Assembly: GCA_027623675.1 (NCBI GenBank)
Contig: JAQBVF010000028.1
Span: 1-46,146, forward strand
Length of the DNA: 46,146 nucleotides
Source: Chloroflexota bacterium
GTDB lineage: Bacteria > Chloroflexota > Dehalococcoidia > Lucifugimonadales > UBA3495
Direction of reading: 5' to 3'
Shown here: piece after piece, positions 1 through 10,543 of the stretch
Layout of the letters: each line of letters opens with the position of its first letter
Position numbering within the stretch: position 1 is the stretch's first letter
The notes under the pieces: generated by a model
The model's database searches: none
What the model saw: the letters and a program-made list of their open reading frames with translations, nothing else
Told to the model about the DNA's origin: nothing
Program-made: the position numbers and the translations under genes

Positions 1-98
1 TAGCTGTGAGAACGGCAAATGACACTTAATTAGGCGGTAGATCAAAACAGTTAGACGAATTACAGAACAGAGTTTTTAGCCATATGGGAAATGTGGGC

Positions 99-776
99 TT
101 AGAGTTCGAACTCTTTGACGCCGGGATCGATGTTCAAGACGGCCCCGGTCAGTTGCTGCACCTCCTCGGGTGTCCAACCCGGGGCCACTTCTTTAAGGGT
201 CAATCCCTTGCCGTCGCACTCGATGACCGCCAGGTCGGTGACGATCAGGTAGACACACCCTTTGCCCGTCAGAGGGAAGGTGCATTCCTGGACGATCTTG
301 GGTTGGCCGTTCCGGTCGGTATGCTCCATGGCGACGATAACCCCGCTGGCCCCGGTGGCCAGGTCCATGGCGCCGCCAACGTTGCCCACCCCCCGCTGCG
401 GAAGCATCCAGTTGGCCAGGTCCCCGGTGGCCGACACCTGGTGGGAACCCAAGACAGTCACATCCACGTGACCGCCCCGAATCATGGCGAAAGCCTCCGC
501 CGAATCGAAGAACGACATCCCGCCGACCCTCTGTAGATACTGGCCGCCGGCGTTGATCAGGTCGATATCTTCCTCGCCCGCGTCGGCGATGGGGCCGCAG
601 TTCAAGATGCCGCTCTCGCTGTGGTAGAAAACCGTCCGGCCCTCCGGCACGAAGCTGGAGACCATTGTGGGGATGCCGATACCCAGGTTCACGTAAGCGC
701 CGTCGGGCAGCTCCTTGGCCACCCGCATGGCGACGATCTCTCTGGGCAGGCGCTCTTTGTCTTGCAACGATGTCAT
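99..776 (-). CDS. Family I 3-oxoacid CoA-transferase subunit B (ScoB/AtoA/PcaJ-like)
   Basis: VNLGIGIP, HSESG (catalytic Glu codon 615-617), IRGGHVDVTVLG, GDLANW, GGAMDL motifs; start trimmed to ATG at 776 because longer starts overlap the upstream gene. Confidence 0.93.
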   Translation of the reverse strand: MTSLQDKERLPREIVAMRVAKELPDGAYVNLGIGIPTMVSSFVPEGRTVFYHSESGILNCGPIADAGEEDIDLINAGGQYLQRVGGMSFFDSAEAFAMIRGGHVDVTVLGSHQVSATGDLANWMLPQRGVGNVGGAMDLATGASGVIVAMEHTDRNGQPKIVQECTFPLTGKGCVYLIVTDLAVIECDGKGLTLKEVAPGWTPEEVQQLTGAVLNIDPGVKEFEL

Positions 777-798
777 TTTCTGGCCATTCAGTCCGAGT

Positions 799-2202
799 CT
801 ATAGGTACGGTGAAAATTCCGCTGGGCGGAGGACAATGCGGTCGATGAACAGGCCGGGGGTGACTATCTCTTCCGGGCCCAGTTGTCCCGGCTCCACGAT
901 CTCGTCGACCTCGACGACGGTGATTCTGGCGGTGGTGGCCATGACCGGATTGAAGTTGCGCGACGTTCCCTTGTAGACCACGTTGCCCAGGGTGTCGGCC
1001 TTGTGCCCCCGGATGATACAGTAATCGGCCCTCATGTCCATCTCCAGTAGGTAATCCTTCCCATCGATGGTCCTGGTCTCTTTGCCCTCGGCCAGCAGGG
1101 TGCCCACTCCGGTTGGCGTGTAGAAGGCGGCCACCCCGGCCCCGCCGCTGCGGAGCCGTTCGGCCAAAGTGCCTTGGGGCACCACCTCCAGGTCCGACTC
1201 ACCCCGGTTGTAGGCGCCCTCGAAGGCGCTGGGCCGGGATGCTGACGGCGACACCGGGTATGACGCGGTGGCCTTGACCACCTGGTGGTTCTCCACCAGG
1301 ATGCTGTGGTCGATGATGTTGGGCGCTCCGAAGGCGCTGACCCTGGCGACGCCCGCCGTGTTGCTGATCAACTGCAAGCCCTTCACTCCCAGGTCGCGCA
1401 GGCCAACCATCAGGTAATGCGCCATCCCGCCCGGACCGGCGAACCCATCAACGTTGATAACCGACCCTTCGGGCACGTCTTCCAGGGCCGCCACCGCGCT
1501 GGCGTACACCTTGTTCGGCGGGGGCAGGTCGGGGATGTCGAAGGTCATCTCCTTGAGCGTCGATGAAACAGCTAACGGAGCGCCGGTGATGGCGGCGATC
1601 TCGTCCGCGGTCCAACCGGGCGCCGTCTCCAACAACTCGAATCCGGCTGGACCGACGCCAATCACGGCAACATCCGTGATGATTATGTTAACTTGCCCCG
1701 CCCCGTCCACCGGAAGGCTGCACTGCGACACCAGGTTGGGCTGGCCATCTGGGCTCTGGTGAGGAAGGACCGCGATCACCCTGCCGGCGCCGTAGGCCAT
1801 GTCCACCGCCGAGCCTGGGGCCAGCAGACCCGGAGTGGCCACCGTCGTCCAGTGCACGAAATCCCCGGAAGCGCTGACCTGGGCTGGTTGCAACACCGCG
1901 ATGCCGGTGTGGCCGCCCCGCAATATGGCTGCAACGTCCACCACACCGGCGAAGGCGCCGCCGGGCCGCAGGACCGCAGCCCCGCCCGAGCCGTCAACCG
2001 CATCGCCGCTGGATGCCGGGTCCCGTTGTGCATCTAGGCCCAGCGCCCCGCCGTCGGCTAAGAACCACACGCCGCCGCCGGGTGACAGTTCACCGGGCAT
2101 GAGGCAGGGAAATCCTGGACCCAGGGCGACCACCGCGCCTGGAGTCAGTTCCTGGGCGGCGCGGCGGATGATACCGGCCGGGTCTAGTGGGGTGCCTGGC
2201 AT
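799..2202 (-). CDS. Fused family I CoA-transferase: degenerate B-type domain (N-term) plus A-type domain (C-term)
   Basis: N-half VALGPGFP/LRGGH/QVSASGD/ITDVAV (B-like); C-half DGFAGPG/ISNTAG/PQGTLAERLRSGGAG/ADTLGN/RNFNP (A-like); GAGGAGA RBS 8 nt before ATG at 2202. Confidence 0.9.
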   Translation of the reverse strand: MPGTPLDPAGIIRRAAQELTPGAVVALGPGFPCLMPGELSPGGGVWFLADGGALGLDAQRDPASSGDAVDGSGGAAVLRPGGAFAGVVDVAAILRGGHTGIAVLQPAQVSASGDFVHWTTVATPGLLAPGSAVDMAYGAGRVIAVLPHQSPDGQPNLVSQCSLPVDGAGQVNIIITDVAVIGVGPAGFELLETAPGWTADEIAAITGAPLAVSSTLKEMTFDIPDLPPPNKVYASAVAALEDVPEGSVINVDGFAGPGGMAHYLMVGLRDLGVKGLQLISNTAGVARVSAFGAPNIIDHSILVENHQVVKATASYPVSPSASRPSAFEGAYNRGESDLEVVPQGTLAERLRSGGAGVAAFYTPTGVGTLLAEGKETRTIDGKDYLLEMDMRADYCIIRGHKADTLGNVVYKGTSRNFNPVMATTARITVVEVDEIVEPGQLGPEEIVTPGLFIDRIVLRPAEFSPYL

Positions 2203-2272
2203 CTGGGTTGTCTCCTCGCGGATTCTGGCCGGGTGTATGGGCGGGGTGCACGGGCGATCTGAACTCAAAGAA

Positions 2273-2974
2273 CTAAGCGGAAAGCACCAGCCGGTCGATA
2301 AAGATGGCTTGGGTAATGACCAGTTCCGGGTCCAGCCCGCCGATCTCGTGCACCTGGTCGACCTCGGCGATGGTCAGGGCGGCGGCCATGGCCATGGTTG
2401 GATTCCAGTTACGCCCGCTCCCTTGGTAGACCAGGTTGCCCAGCGTGTCGGCGGCGCGGGCCCGGAGCAGGGCGATGTCCCCTTTCAGGGCGGCCTCGAA
2501 AACGTGGTCCCGGCCGTCGAACCGGCGCAACTCTTTGCCTTCGGCGAACCTTGTGCCCGTGCTGGCAGGCAGAAAAACGCCGCCGATGCCCGCGCCGCCG
2601 GCCCGAAGCCGCTCGGCGAGGACACCTTGAGGCACGATCTCAAGTTCCAGTTTGCCGGCCTGCCAAAGTTCCTTGACCGGCCCGCCGTTCTCGGGATGAA
2701 ATGGGAGCGGGGAGATGATCTTAGAGATCCGACCGGCGGCGGCCAGGTCGGCGATGCCGGACCGCCCCGGTCCCTGGGGCCAATCCCCTTGGCAGACCAG
2801 CGTCAGGTCCTTGGCTCCGGTCTCGGCCAGGCCACGGAGCAGTTCCTCGGGCACCCCGTACCCGACCGACCCGGCGATCAACACGGTCGCTCCGTCGGCG
2901 ATGCCTTCCAGGGCGGCTTGGGCCGATGGGAAGACCTTGCCTCGTCTGCCGGTATCTTCGGGGACGCTGGTCAT
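2273..2974 (-). CDS. Family I CoA-transferase subunit A (divergent)
   Basis: IADGATVLI, PQGVLAERLRAGGAG, ADTLGNL, RNWNPTMA; start placed at ATG 2974 (GTG 3019 possible). Confidence 0.88.
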   Translation of the reverse strand: MTSVPEDTGRRGKVFPSAQAALEGIADGATVLIAGSVGYGVPEELLRGLAETGAKDLTLVCQGDWPQGPGRSGIADLAAAGRISKIISPLPFHPENGGPVKELWQAGKLELEIVPQGVLAERLRAGGAGIGGVFLPASTGTRFAEGKELRRFDGRDHVFEAALKGDIALLRARAADTLGNLVYQGSGRNWNPTMAMAAALTIAEVDQVHEIGGLDPELVITQAIFIDRLVLSA

Positions 2975-3086
2975 GAAAGATTTCCTGTTTCGGGCTTGCT
3001 GGATGTTTTCAGCAGTCACGCATTATAGCGGGATGAGGCCGAATGCACTACAAGCGGCGCCGAAGATATTCCCACGGAAAATGGCC

Positions 3087-3125
3087 AAACAAAAGAGCCG
3101 CCCCGTGTTCAGCGGGGCGGCTCTT
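3087..3125 (-). terminator. Intrinsic terminator of groESL
   Basis: 13-bp perfect stem AAGAGCCGCCCCG/CGGGGCGGCTCTT followed by TTGTTT on the minus strand, ~60 nt after the groEL stop. Confidence 0.88.
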
Positions 3126-3187
3126 ATCTGCGCTAGTTTGAGAAAGACCTAAGGACCGGGGTCCCTCCGGGGTTCCCCTGGCGTTCC

Positions 3188-4819
<1,632 letters not shown>

Positions 4820-4915
4820 TCATCCTCCTTGAGGTAGGTCAAGGCTGGGCTGCCGCCCGCCCTGCTTTCTGTTCTAGATTGGGTGATCCGGACTGGAGCG
4901 TCGACTAAGCTTTGA

Positions 4916-5206
4916 CTAGCCGATCTTTGCTAGGATGTCGCTTTCCCGTAGTATCAGAAACTCGTCGTCGCCGTCTTTGTATTCGGTGCCGGCGAACTTG
5001 GAGTAAATCACGCGATCTCCCTGGGACAGTTCCATGGGGATCCGCTTGCCGTCTTCGCTGACCCGGCCGGGTCCAACTGCGACGACCTCGCCCTCCTGGG
5101 GCTTTTCCTTTGCGGTGTCGGGCAGGTAAATGCCGCCCTTAGTGGTCTGTTCACCCTCGCTGGGTTTCACCACTACTCGTTCGCCCAATGGCGTAAAATT
5201 TGCCAC
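4916..5206 (-). CDS. groES: Co-chaperonin GroES
   Basis: [46 protein letters not shown] start after AAGGAGGT RBS. Confidence 0.98.
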   Translation of the reverse strand: MANFTPLGERVVVKPSEGEQTTKGGIYLPDTAKEKPQEGEVVAVGPGRVSEDGKRIPMELSQGDRVIYSKFAGTEYKDGDDEFLILRESDILAKIG

Positions 5207-5264
5207 CGTGACCTCCTTTTTTCGCCGCGGCAATATTGCTGCCCGGCATTAATCTCACATGGGA

Positions 5265-5291
5265 TTAGCACTCTCAAATCGAGAGTGCCAA
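5265..5291. promoter_or_regulatory. CIRCE element (HrcA operator)
   Basis: TTAGCACTC-N9-GAGTGCCAA, one mismatch from the consensus, between the groES promoter and its RBS. Confidence 0.95.
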
Positions 5292-5294
5292 GAT

Positions 5295-5323
5295 ATGTTA
5301 GAACGGGCGTTACACCTTGTCAA
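5295..5323 (-). promoter_or_regulatory. Sigma70-type promoter of groESL
   Basis: TTGACA (5323-5318)-N17-TAACAT (5300-5295), directly upstream of CIRCE. Confidence 0.85.
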
Positions 5324-5465
5324 GATTGGCGTGTCCGGCCTAGTATTATGTGTTGCTTTTGGGGTCTCGTTTTCGCAGATCCTAATGGACAAATCAAGTC
5401 CAAATCTCAAGTCCCGATAACCTTGCCGAGGTGCCCGTATCGCCAGCGACCCGGTAACACTGCGA

Positions 5466-6197
5466 TTGACCGCGACCGTCGCCACCATCACCCTGGACCG
5501 GCCAGAAACCGGCAACCGCGTCGACTTCGAGATGGCTTTCGCGGTCCGCGAAGCCTGCCGCGAGATCAGCGAGGATGACGGACTGCGGCTCGTCATCTTA
5601 ACCGCGAACGGCGATGTCTTCTCGGTTGAGTCTTTTCGTGAGCCGGATGACACAGCCCAAGTCGCGGGCGAGCAGGCGGCCTCGGCGGTGGCCGGGTTGG
5701 CCGTCCCGGTCTTGGTGGCCCTGAACGGTGACGCCACCGGGCCTGGCTTGGAGTTGGCCCTGGCGGGGGACCTGCGCATCTGCGTGCCGTCCGCCAGGTT
5801 TGGCTTCGGCGGCCTGGCGCGGGGCGTTCTACCCCAAGGCGGCGGCACCCAAAGGCTGCCCCGGCTGGTGGGACCGGCCTGGGCCAGCGATATGCTTCTC
5901 ACCGGCCGGATGGTTTCAGCCGATGAGGCGCTGGCCATCGGCCTGGTCAACCGGGTTGCCCATGAGCCCGGCGGTCTGGCCCGGGAGATAAAAGATCTGG
6001 CCGCTCAGATAACCGCCGGCAGCCCCATGGGCGCCCGCTATGCCAAGGAGGCGGTGGCCAAGGGGATGGACCTGTCGCTGGACCAGGGTCTGGGACTGGA
6101 AGCCGACCTGAACGTTATACTGCAAAGTACATCGGATAGGGCCGAGGGCATCAAGTCGTTCTTGGAGAAGCGTGGCCCCGAGTTTAAGGGGACGTAA
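5466..6197 (+). CDS. Enoyl-CoA hydratase/isomerase (crotonase) family protein
   Basis: ATITLDRP, GPGLELALAGDLR, GGGTQRLPRLVG, SFLEKR; true start may be ATC at 5439 (see findings). Confidence 0.9.
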   Translation: MTATVATITLDRPETGNRVDFEMAFAVREACREISEDDGLRLVILTANGDVFSVESFREPDDTAQVAGEQAASAVAGLAVPVLVALNGDATGPGLELALAGDLRICVPSARFGFGGLARGVLPQGGGTQRLPRLVGPAWASDMLLTGRMVSADEALAIGLVNRVAHEPGGLAREIKDLAAQITAGSPMGARYAKEAVAKGMDLSLDQGLGLEADLNVILQSTSDRAEGIKSFLEKRGPEFKGT

Positions 6198-6279
6198 CGG
6201 AAAACGGCGCAATACCCGGTTTAACCGGTCCATCTGGCCGGTTATCCAGCCGATTTTCCGACGCATAGGAAGGGGACCT

Positions 6280-6825
6280 TTGAAACTAAAACTGGACCTC
6301 CACACCCATGTGTGGGAGGCGTTCAATTTCGTTCCGCCGTCCGTGGAGATCGCGGAGAAGGTGGTGGCGCAGATCAAGTCGAAGGGTATCGACGGCATCG
6401 GTATCACCGACCACCACAACAAGGAGTGGGCCTTCGAGTTCCGCGAATTGGTGGAGAAGCATTTCCCCGGCCAGGTGCACATACTGCCCGGCTGGGAGAT
6501 TGAGATTCGGCCCGAGGCCAACCCATTCGCCGAGTACCAGGTGGCCGAGATATTCCTGCCCAACGGCGGCGGCGTGTTCCGCACCTATTGCCATCCCGGC
6601 TATTACTCACCGGAGATACTGATCGAGCCCGACATCCACGCCATCGAGATCGACAACTACATCCACAACTGGCACATCCGGAAGGACCAGGTGGCCGAGG
6701 TGGCGTCGCAGCACGACCTGATGCTCATGGAAGTTAGCGACGCCCACAACCTGGAGAACATCGGACTCCGCTATACCGAGGTAGAACTGGACGACCTATA
6801 CGCCAGAGCCGTTCCCCAGAGCTAG
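6280..6825 (+). CDS. PHP-domain metal-dependent phosphoesterase
   Basis: DLHTH, ITDHH, GWEI, CHP, SDAH motifs; TTG start after AGGAAGGGG RBS. Confidence 0.85.
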   Translation: MKLKLDLHTHVWEAFNFVPPSVEIAEKVVAQIKSKGIDGIGITDHHNKEWAFEFRELVEKHFPGQVHILPGWEIEIRPEANPFAEYQVAEIFLPNGGGVFRTYCHPGYYSPEILIEPDIHAIEIDNYIHNWHIRKDQVAEVASQHDLMLMEVSDAHNLENIGLRYTEVELDDLYARAVPQS

Positions 6826-6834
6826 CCGCAGCTC

Positions 6835-6890
6835 ATGTCTTCGCCCATGTCTTCGCCCATGTCTTCGCCCATGTCTTCGCCCATGTCTTC
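6835..6890 (+). repeat. 12-bp tandem repeat (ATGTCTTCGCCC) x4 plus a partial copy, encoding MSSP repeats
   Basis: Directly visible perfect units at 6835, 6847, 6859, 6871; partial unit at 6883. Confidence 0.97.
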
Positions 6891-7662
6891 AATGCCGGGC
6901 TTCGAGACCCTGCAGTTCCAGAAGCGCGGCGGCGTCGCCCATATCTCGTTGGACCGGCCCCAGGTGGTCAACGCCTACAACGTCCAGATGCGGGACGATT
7001 TCTCCCAAGCTTTGTCCGCCGTGCAACAGGATTCCGATGTCCGCGCCCTGCTGATAACCGGCGAGGGCCGGGGGTTCTGCGCCGGCGCCGACCTGACCGA
7101 ATTCGGCACCGCGCCATCCCAGGTTATCGCCCGTCAGGTGCGCTGGGAAAGGGACGTTTGGGGACAACTGTTAAACTTGGACAGACCCGTCGTCGCGGCG
7201 GTGCATGGATATTGCATCGGTTCCGGTCTGGAGATCACCCTCCTCTGCGACCTGCGGATAGCCGCCACCGGCACGGTGTTCGCCCTGCCCGAGGTCCAAC
7301 TGGGCATGATTCCGGCAGCCGGCGGCACCCAAACCCTACCCAGGGCGGCTGGCGCGTCCAGGGCCATGGACCTGCTGCTGACCGGGCGCCGGTTCCAAGC
7401 GGAGGAGGCCCTGTCCATGGGCTTGGTGACCCGCCTTACGTCCCCCGATTCGCTGCGGGATGAGGCCTGGCGGCTGGCCGAGAGCCTGGCGGACCTGCCG
7501 GCTGAAGCAGTCGCCGCATTGAAGCAGTCCTTACACCTGGGGATGGACCTGGGCCTGCCGGAGGCGCTGGAACTGGAGAGGCGCATCGCAGCCCGCCTGA
7601 CGGCTTTCGACCGGCCAAAGACCAGAATCCCAGAATCTAGGAAGCGACCGGTTATTGAATGA
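6835..7662 (+). CDS. Enoyl-CoA hydratase/isomerase family protein
   Basis: FCAGADL, GSGLE, FALPEVQLG (both catalytic Glu present), GGTQTLPR; start ambiguous among six in-frame ATGs. Confidence 0.92.
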   Translation: MSSPMSSPMSSPMSSPMSSMPGFETLQFQKRGGVAHISLDRPQVVNAYNVQMRDDFSQALSAVQQDSDVRALLITGEGRGFCAGADLTEFGTAPSQVIARQVRWERDVWGQLLNLDRPVVAAVHGYCIGSGLEITLLCDLRIAATGTVFALPEVQLGMIPAAGGTQTLPRAAGASRAMDLLLTGRRFQAEEALSMGLVTRLTSPDSLRDEAWRLAESLADLPAEAVAALKQSLHLGMDLGLPEALELERRIAARLTAFDRPKTRIPESRKRPVIE

Positions 7663-9266
7663 ACACTTCTGAATTTTTGACCATCGCCGGGGCCATCGTT
7701 CCTGACCGCCCCGCGATCATATTCGACGGCCAGACCATCACCTTCGAGGGTCTGACGGAGCGCGTCAACCGGCTGGCCAACGGTCTCTCCGAGATGGGAG
7801 TTGGGCCCGGAGACCGGGTGGCCACCATGCAGGTGAACACCAACCACTGCATCGAGATCTACTTCGCCGCAGCCCAGTTGGACGCCATCTACGTCCCCAT
7901 AAACTTCCGGGCCAAGTCCGAAGAACTGGCGATGATGCTAGAGATCGCCCAGCCGTCCTGCCTGCTCATCGGCGAGCGGTACCTGCCGCTGGTCCCCAAG
8001 GGCAGCCGGTCGTCCAAGGGCGTGATTATATTAGACCGCGAAGCGGCAGATAGGGACGCCCAAGTCCCCGATGGGTGTACCAACTACGAAGACCTGCTCG
8101 CCGCCGCCTCTCCCGAACAGATGCACTTCCCGGAGGCCGGCGACAACGACACCACGGTCATCATGTTCACCGCCGGCACCACCGGGGTGCCGAAGGGCGT
8201 GATGCTGACCCACGACAGCTTCTCTTCCTACCTGCTGGCCACCGTCGAGCCGGCCGACCCCGACATCGAAGAGAGCAACCTGATCACCGTGCCCTTCTAC
8301 CATATAGCCGGACTGCAGGCCGCTCTGGCCGCGGTCTACGGCGGCCGCACCCTGGTGATAATGCGCCAGTTCGACCCGGCGGAGTGGCTGCGGCTGGCGC
8401 AAGAGCACCGGGCCAACCGGGCCATGCTGGTGCCGACCATGCTGAAGCGATTGATGGAACACCCCAGCTTCGCTGACCACGACCTGTCATCGCTCGGCGT
8501 CATCACCTACGGCGCGGCGCCCATGCCCCTGGAAGTTATCCGGGCGGCCATCGCAAATTTCCCCGGCGCGCGGTTCATCAACGCCTTTGGACAGACCGAG
8601 ACGGCCTCGACCATCACCATGCTGCCCCCCGACGACCACGTGCTGCACGGCAGCCCGGAGGAGATCGAGACCAAGCTCAAGCGACTGACCTCCATCGGGA
8701 AACCATTGGACGACGTCGAGGTGGACATAGTTGACGAGCAGGGAAAGTCCGTTTCTCTGGGCGAGACCGGGGAGATCGTGGCCCGCGGCTCCCGCATGAT
8801 GGCCGGCTACTGGCAGGAGGAAGCCGCCACCCGGGACACGCTGCGCGGCGGCTGGATCTACACCGGCGACCTGGGCTACCAAGACGAGGACGGCTACATC
8901 TACTTGTCAGGAAGGGCCAAGGACTTCATCAAGCGGGGCGGCGAGATGATCTCTCCGGAAGAGGTGGAGCAGGTGCTCCGTTCCCATCCAGAAGTGGATG
9001 ACGCGGCGGTCATTGGCGTTCCCGACGGCGAATGGGGCGAGGAGGTCCGGGCCGTTGTGGTGGGCCGCGCCGGCCACGTGACCGAAGCGCAGATAATCGA
9101 ATTTTGCCGCGACAAGCTGGCCGGGTACAAGCGGCCACGTTCCGTGGTGTTCGTCGGCGAGTTGCCCCGCAACGTTATGGGCAAGGTGCTGAAACGCGAC
9201 CTGAGGGAAGAGTTCGGCTATCCGGTGGAGAAAAGTTTGGACAACCCGGCGGAGGACTCCCATTAA
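7659..9266 (+). CDS. AMP-binding long-chain acyl-CoA synthetase
   Basis: FTAGTTGVPKG, FGQTE, YTGDLG, GRAKD..KRGGE, LPRNVMGKVLK; ATGA overlap with the upstream gene. Confidence 0.95.
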   Translation: MNTSEFLTIAGAIVPDRPAIIFDGQTITFEGLTERVNRLANGLSEMGVGPGDRVATMQVNTNHCIEIYFAAAQLDAIYVPINFRAKSEELAMMLEIAQPSCLLIGERYLPLVPKGSRSSKGVIILDREAADRDAQVPDGCTNYEDLLAAASPEQMHFPEAGDNDTTVIMFTAGTTGVPKGVMLTHDSFSSYLLATVEPADPDIEESNLITVPFYHIAGLQAALAAVYGGRTLVIMRQFDPAEWLRLAQEHRANRAMLVPTMLKRLMEHPSFADHDLSSLGVITYGAAPMPLEVIRAAIANFPGARFINAFGQTETASTITMLPPDDHVLHGSPEEIETKLKRLTSIGKPLDDVEVDIVDEQGKSVSLGETGEIVARGSRMMAGYWQEEAATRDTLRGGWIYTGDLGYQDEDGYIYLSGRAKDFIKRGGEMISPEEVEQVLRSHPEVDDAAVIGVPDGEWGEEVRAVVVGRAGHVTEAQIIEFCRDKLAGYKRPRSVVFVGELPRNVMGKVLKRDLREEFGYPVEKSLDNPAEDSH

Positions 9267-9330
9267 CAACAACAATAACAACGAAGGGATCGGCGATACC
9301 AGACCCCGCGGCATCGGAGCCAACGAGCGC

Positions 9331-10269
9331 ATGAAGGTGGCCGTCGTTGGCGCCGGTGGCGTCGGCGGCTATTTCGGCGGCCTGTTGGCCCGCGACGAAC
9401 ACGATGTGACGTTCATAGCCAGAGGCGCCCATCTGGAGGCCATCAAGCAGAACGGCCTGCGGGTCGAGAGTCAACTGGACGGCACCTTCACCGTGCCCGG
9501 AAAGGCCACTCAGGACACGGCCGAGGCGGGCGAACAAGACCTGGTCCTGTTCACCGTAAAGATGTACCACAACTCGGACGCCGTGGCGGCCATCGCGCCC
9601 TTGCTGGGTCCCGAGACCGTGGTGTTGACCCTGCAGAATGGCATCGACAACGGCGATATCTTGGCTGAGTCCATCGACGAATCCCACGTGATGATCGGAT
9701 CTGCGTACCTGGAAGGCCGCATCACCAAACCGGGGGTGGTGAGCCAGGCCGGTCCCGGCGTCGCCGCATTCGGCGAGATGAAAGTGGGCATCAGCCGACG
9801 GGGAGAAAACCTTCTTCAAAGGTTCCAGGAGGCGGGTTGGCGGGTGAACCTGCACGAGAACATGCCCGGCATGCTGTGGAAGAAGTTCGCCTATATCGCC
9901 GGTTCGGCCGCCGTCTGCGCCGCCGCCAACTGCGTCTACGAAGAGATGCGCACCAAGCCGGAGACCAGGGCGCTGATACAGAACGCCATAGAAGAGGTCT
10001 TGGCCGTGGGCCGGGCCCGGGGCGCGCCGATCATGGCCGACTCCCTGGCCTGGGCCATGGACTCTTTGGACCGCTTCCCTGGCCAGGGCCGAGCCTCGAT
10101 GGCCAAGGATTTCACCGAAGGGCGTCCCGTGGAGCTTGAGGGGCTGACCGGCACCGTGGTCCGCATGGCCCGGGAGTTGGGTGTGCCCACCCCGACCAAC
10201 GATTTCCTCTATGCCATTCTCAAGCCCGCCGCCGCCCGCATCGAAGCCCTCCACGCAGCCAAGGCGTAA
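9331..10269 (+). CDS. panE: Ketopantoate reductase family (2-dehydropantoate 2-reductase)
   Basis: GAGGVGG Rossmann motif, LQNG, LWKKF, SMAKD..GRPVELE, GVPTP. Confidence 0.85.
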   Translation: MKVAVVGAGGVGGYFGGLLARDEHDVTFIARGAHLEAIKQNGLRVESQLDGTFTVPGKATQDTAEAGEQDLVLFTVKMYHNSDAVAAIAPLLGPETVVLTLQNGIDNGDILAESIDESHVMIGSAYLEGRITKPGVVSQAGPGVAAFGEMKVGISRRGENLLQRFQEAGWRVNLHENMPGMLWKKFAYIAGSAAVCAAANCVYEEMRTKPETRALIQNAIEEVLAVGRARGAPIMADSLAWAMDSLDRFPGQGRASMAKDFTEGRPVELEGLTGTVVRMARELGVPTPTNDFLYAILKPAAARIEALHAAKA

Positions 10270-10343
10270 AACCGGATGGCGGCTAACCCGCTGCACCGGC
10301 ATTGAGAAGTGGGCCGAAGACAGATGCTCCCGCTCTTGGGCGG

Positions 10344-10406
10344 TGTTATACTCCCCGTGGCTAAAATCTGGGCTTTATACCTGGGCGTTGTACCTGGGTT
10401 TTATCC
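10344..10406 (+). promoter_or_regulatory. Putative extended -10 promoter followed by a 13-bp x3 imperfect direct repeat
   Basis: TGTTATACT at 10344-10352; CTGGGCTTTATAC/CTGGGCGTTGTAC/CTGGGTTTTATCC at 10368-10406. Confidence 0.5.
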
Positions 10407-10543
10407 ATGATTGAGTCTGCGCCGGTACGAGCCCGGCCATTGGTTCCAAGTCATCGCGATCAGATCCGCGAACACCTGGTAATATCCCGGTGGACAACCT
10501 CGATCGAAGATCCGTAGGCAACAAAAATTAGGAGGCTGCCCCA

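Noticed and set aside
1..98. AT-rich stretch at the window start
   Set aside because: Too short and truncated to interpret
1799..3028. 409-aa plus-strand ORF
   Set aside because: Antisense to the CoA-transferase genes; low complexity, no family signature
6835..6890. Tandem repeat considered as a CRISPR array
   Set aside because: No spacers, unit too short, no cas genes in the window
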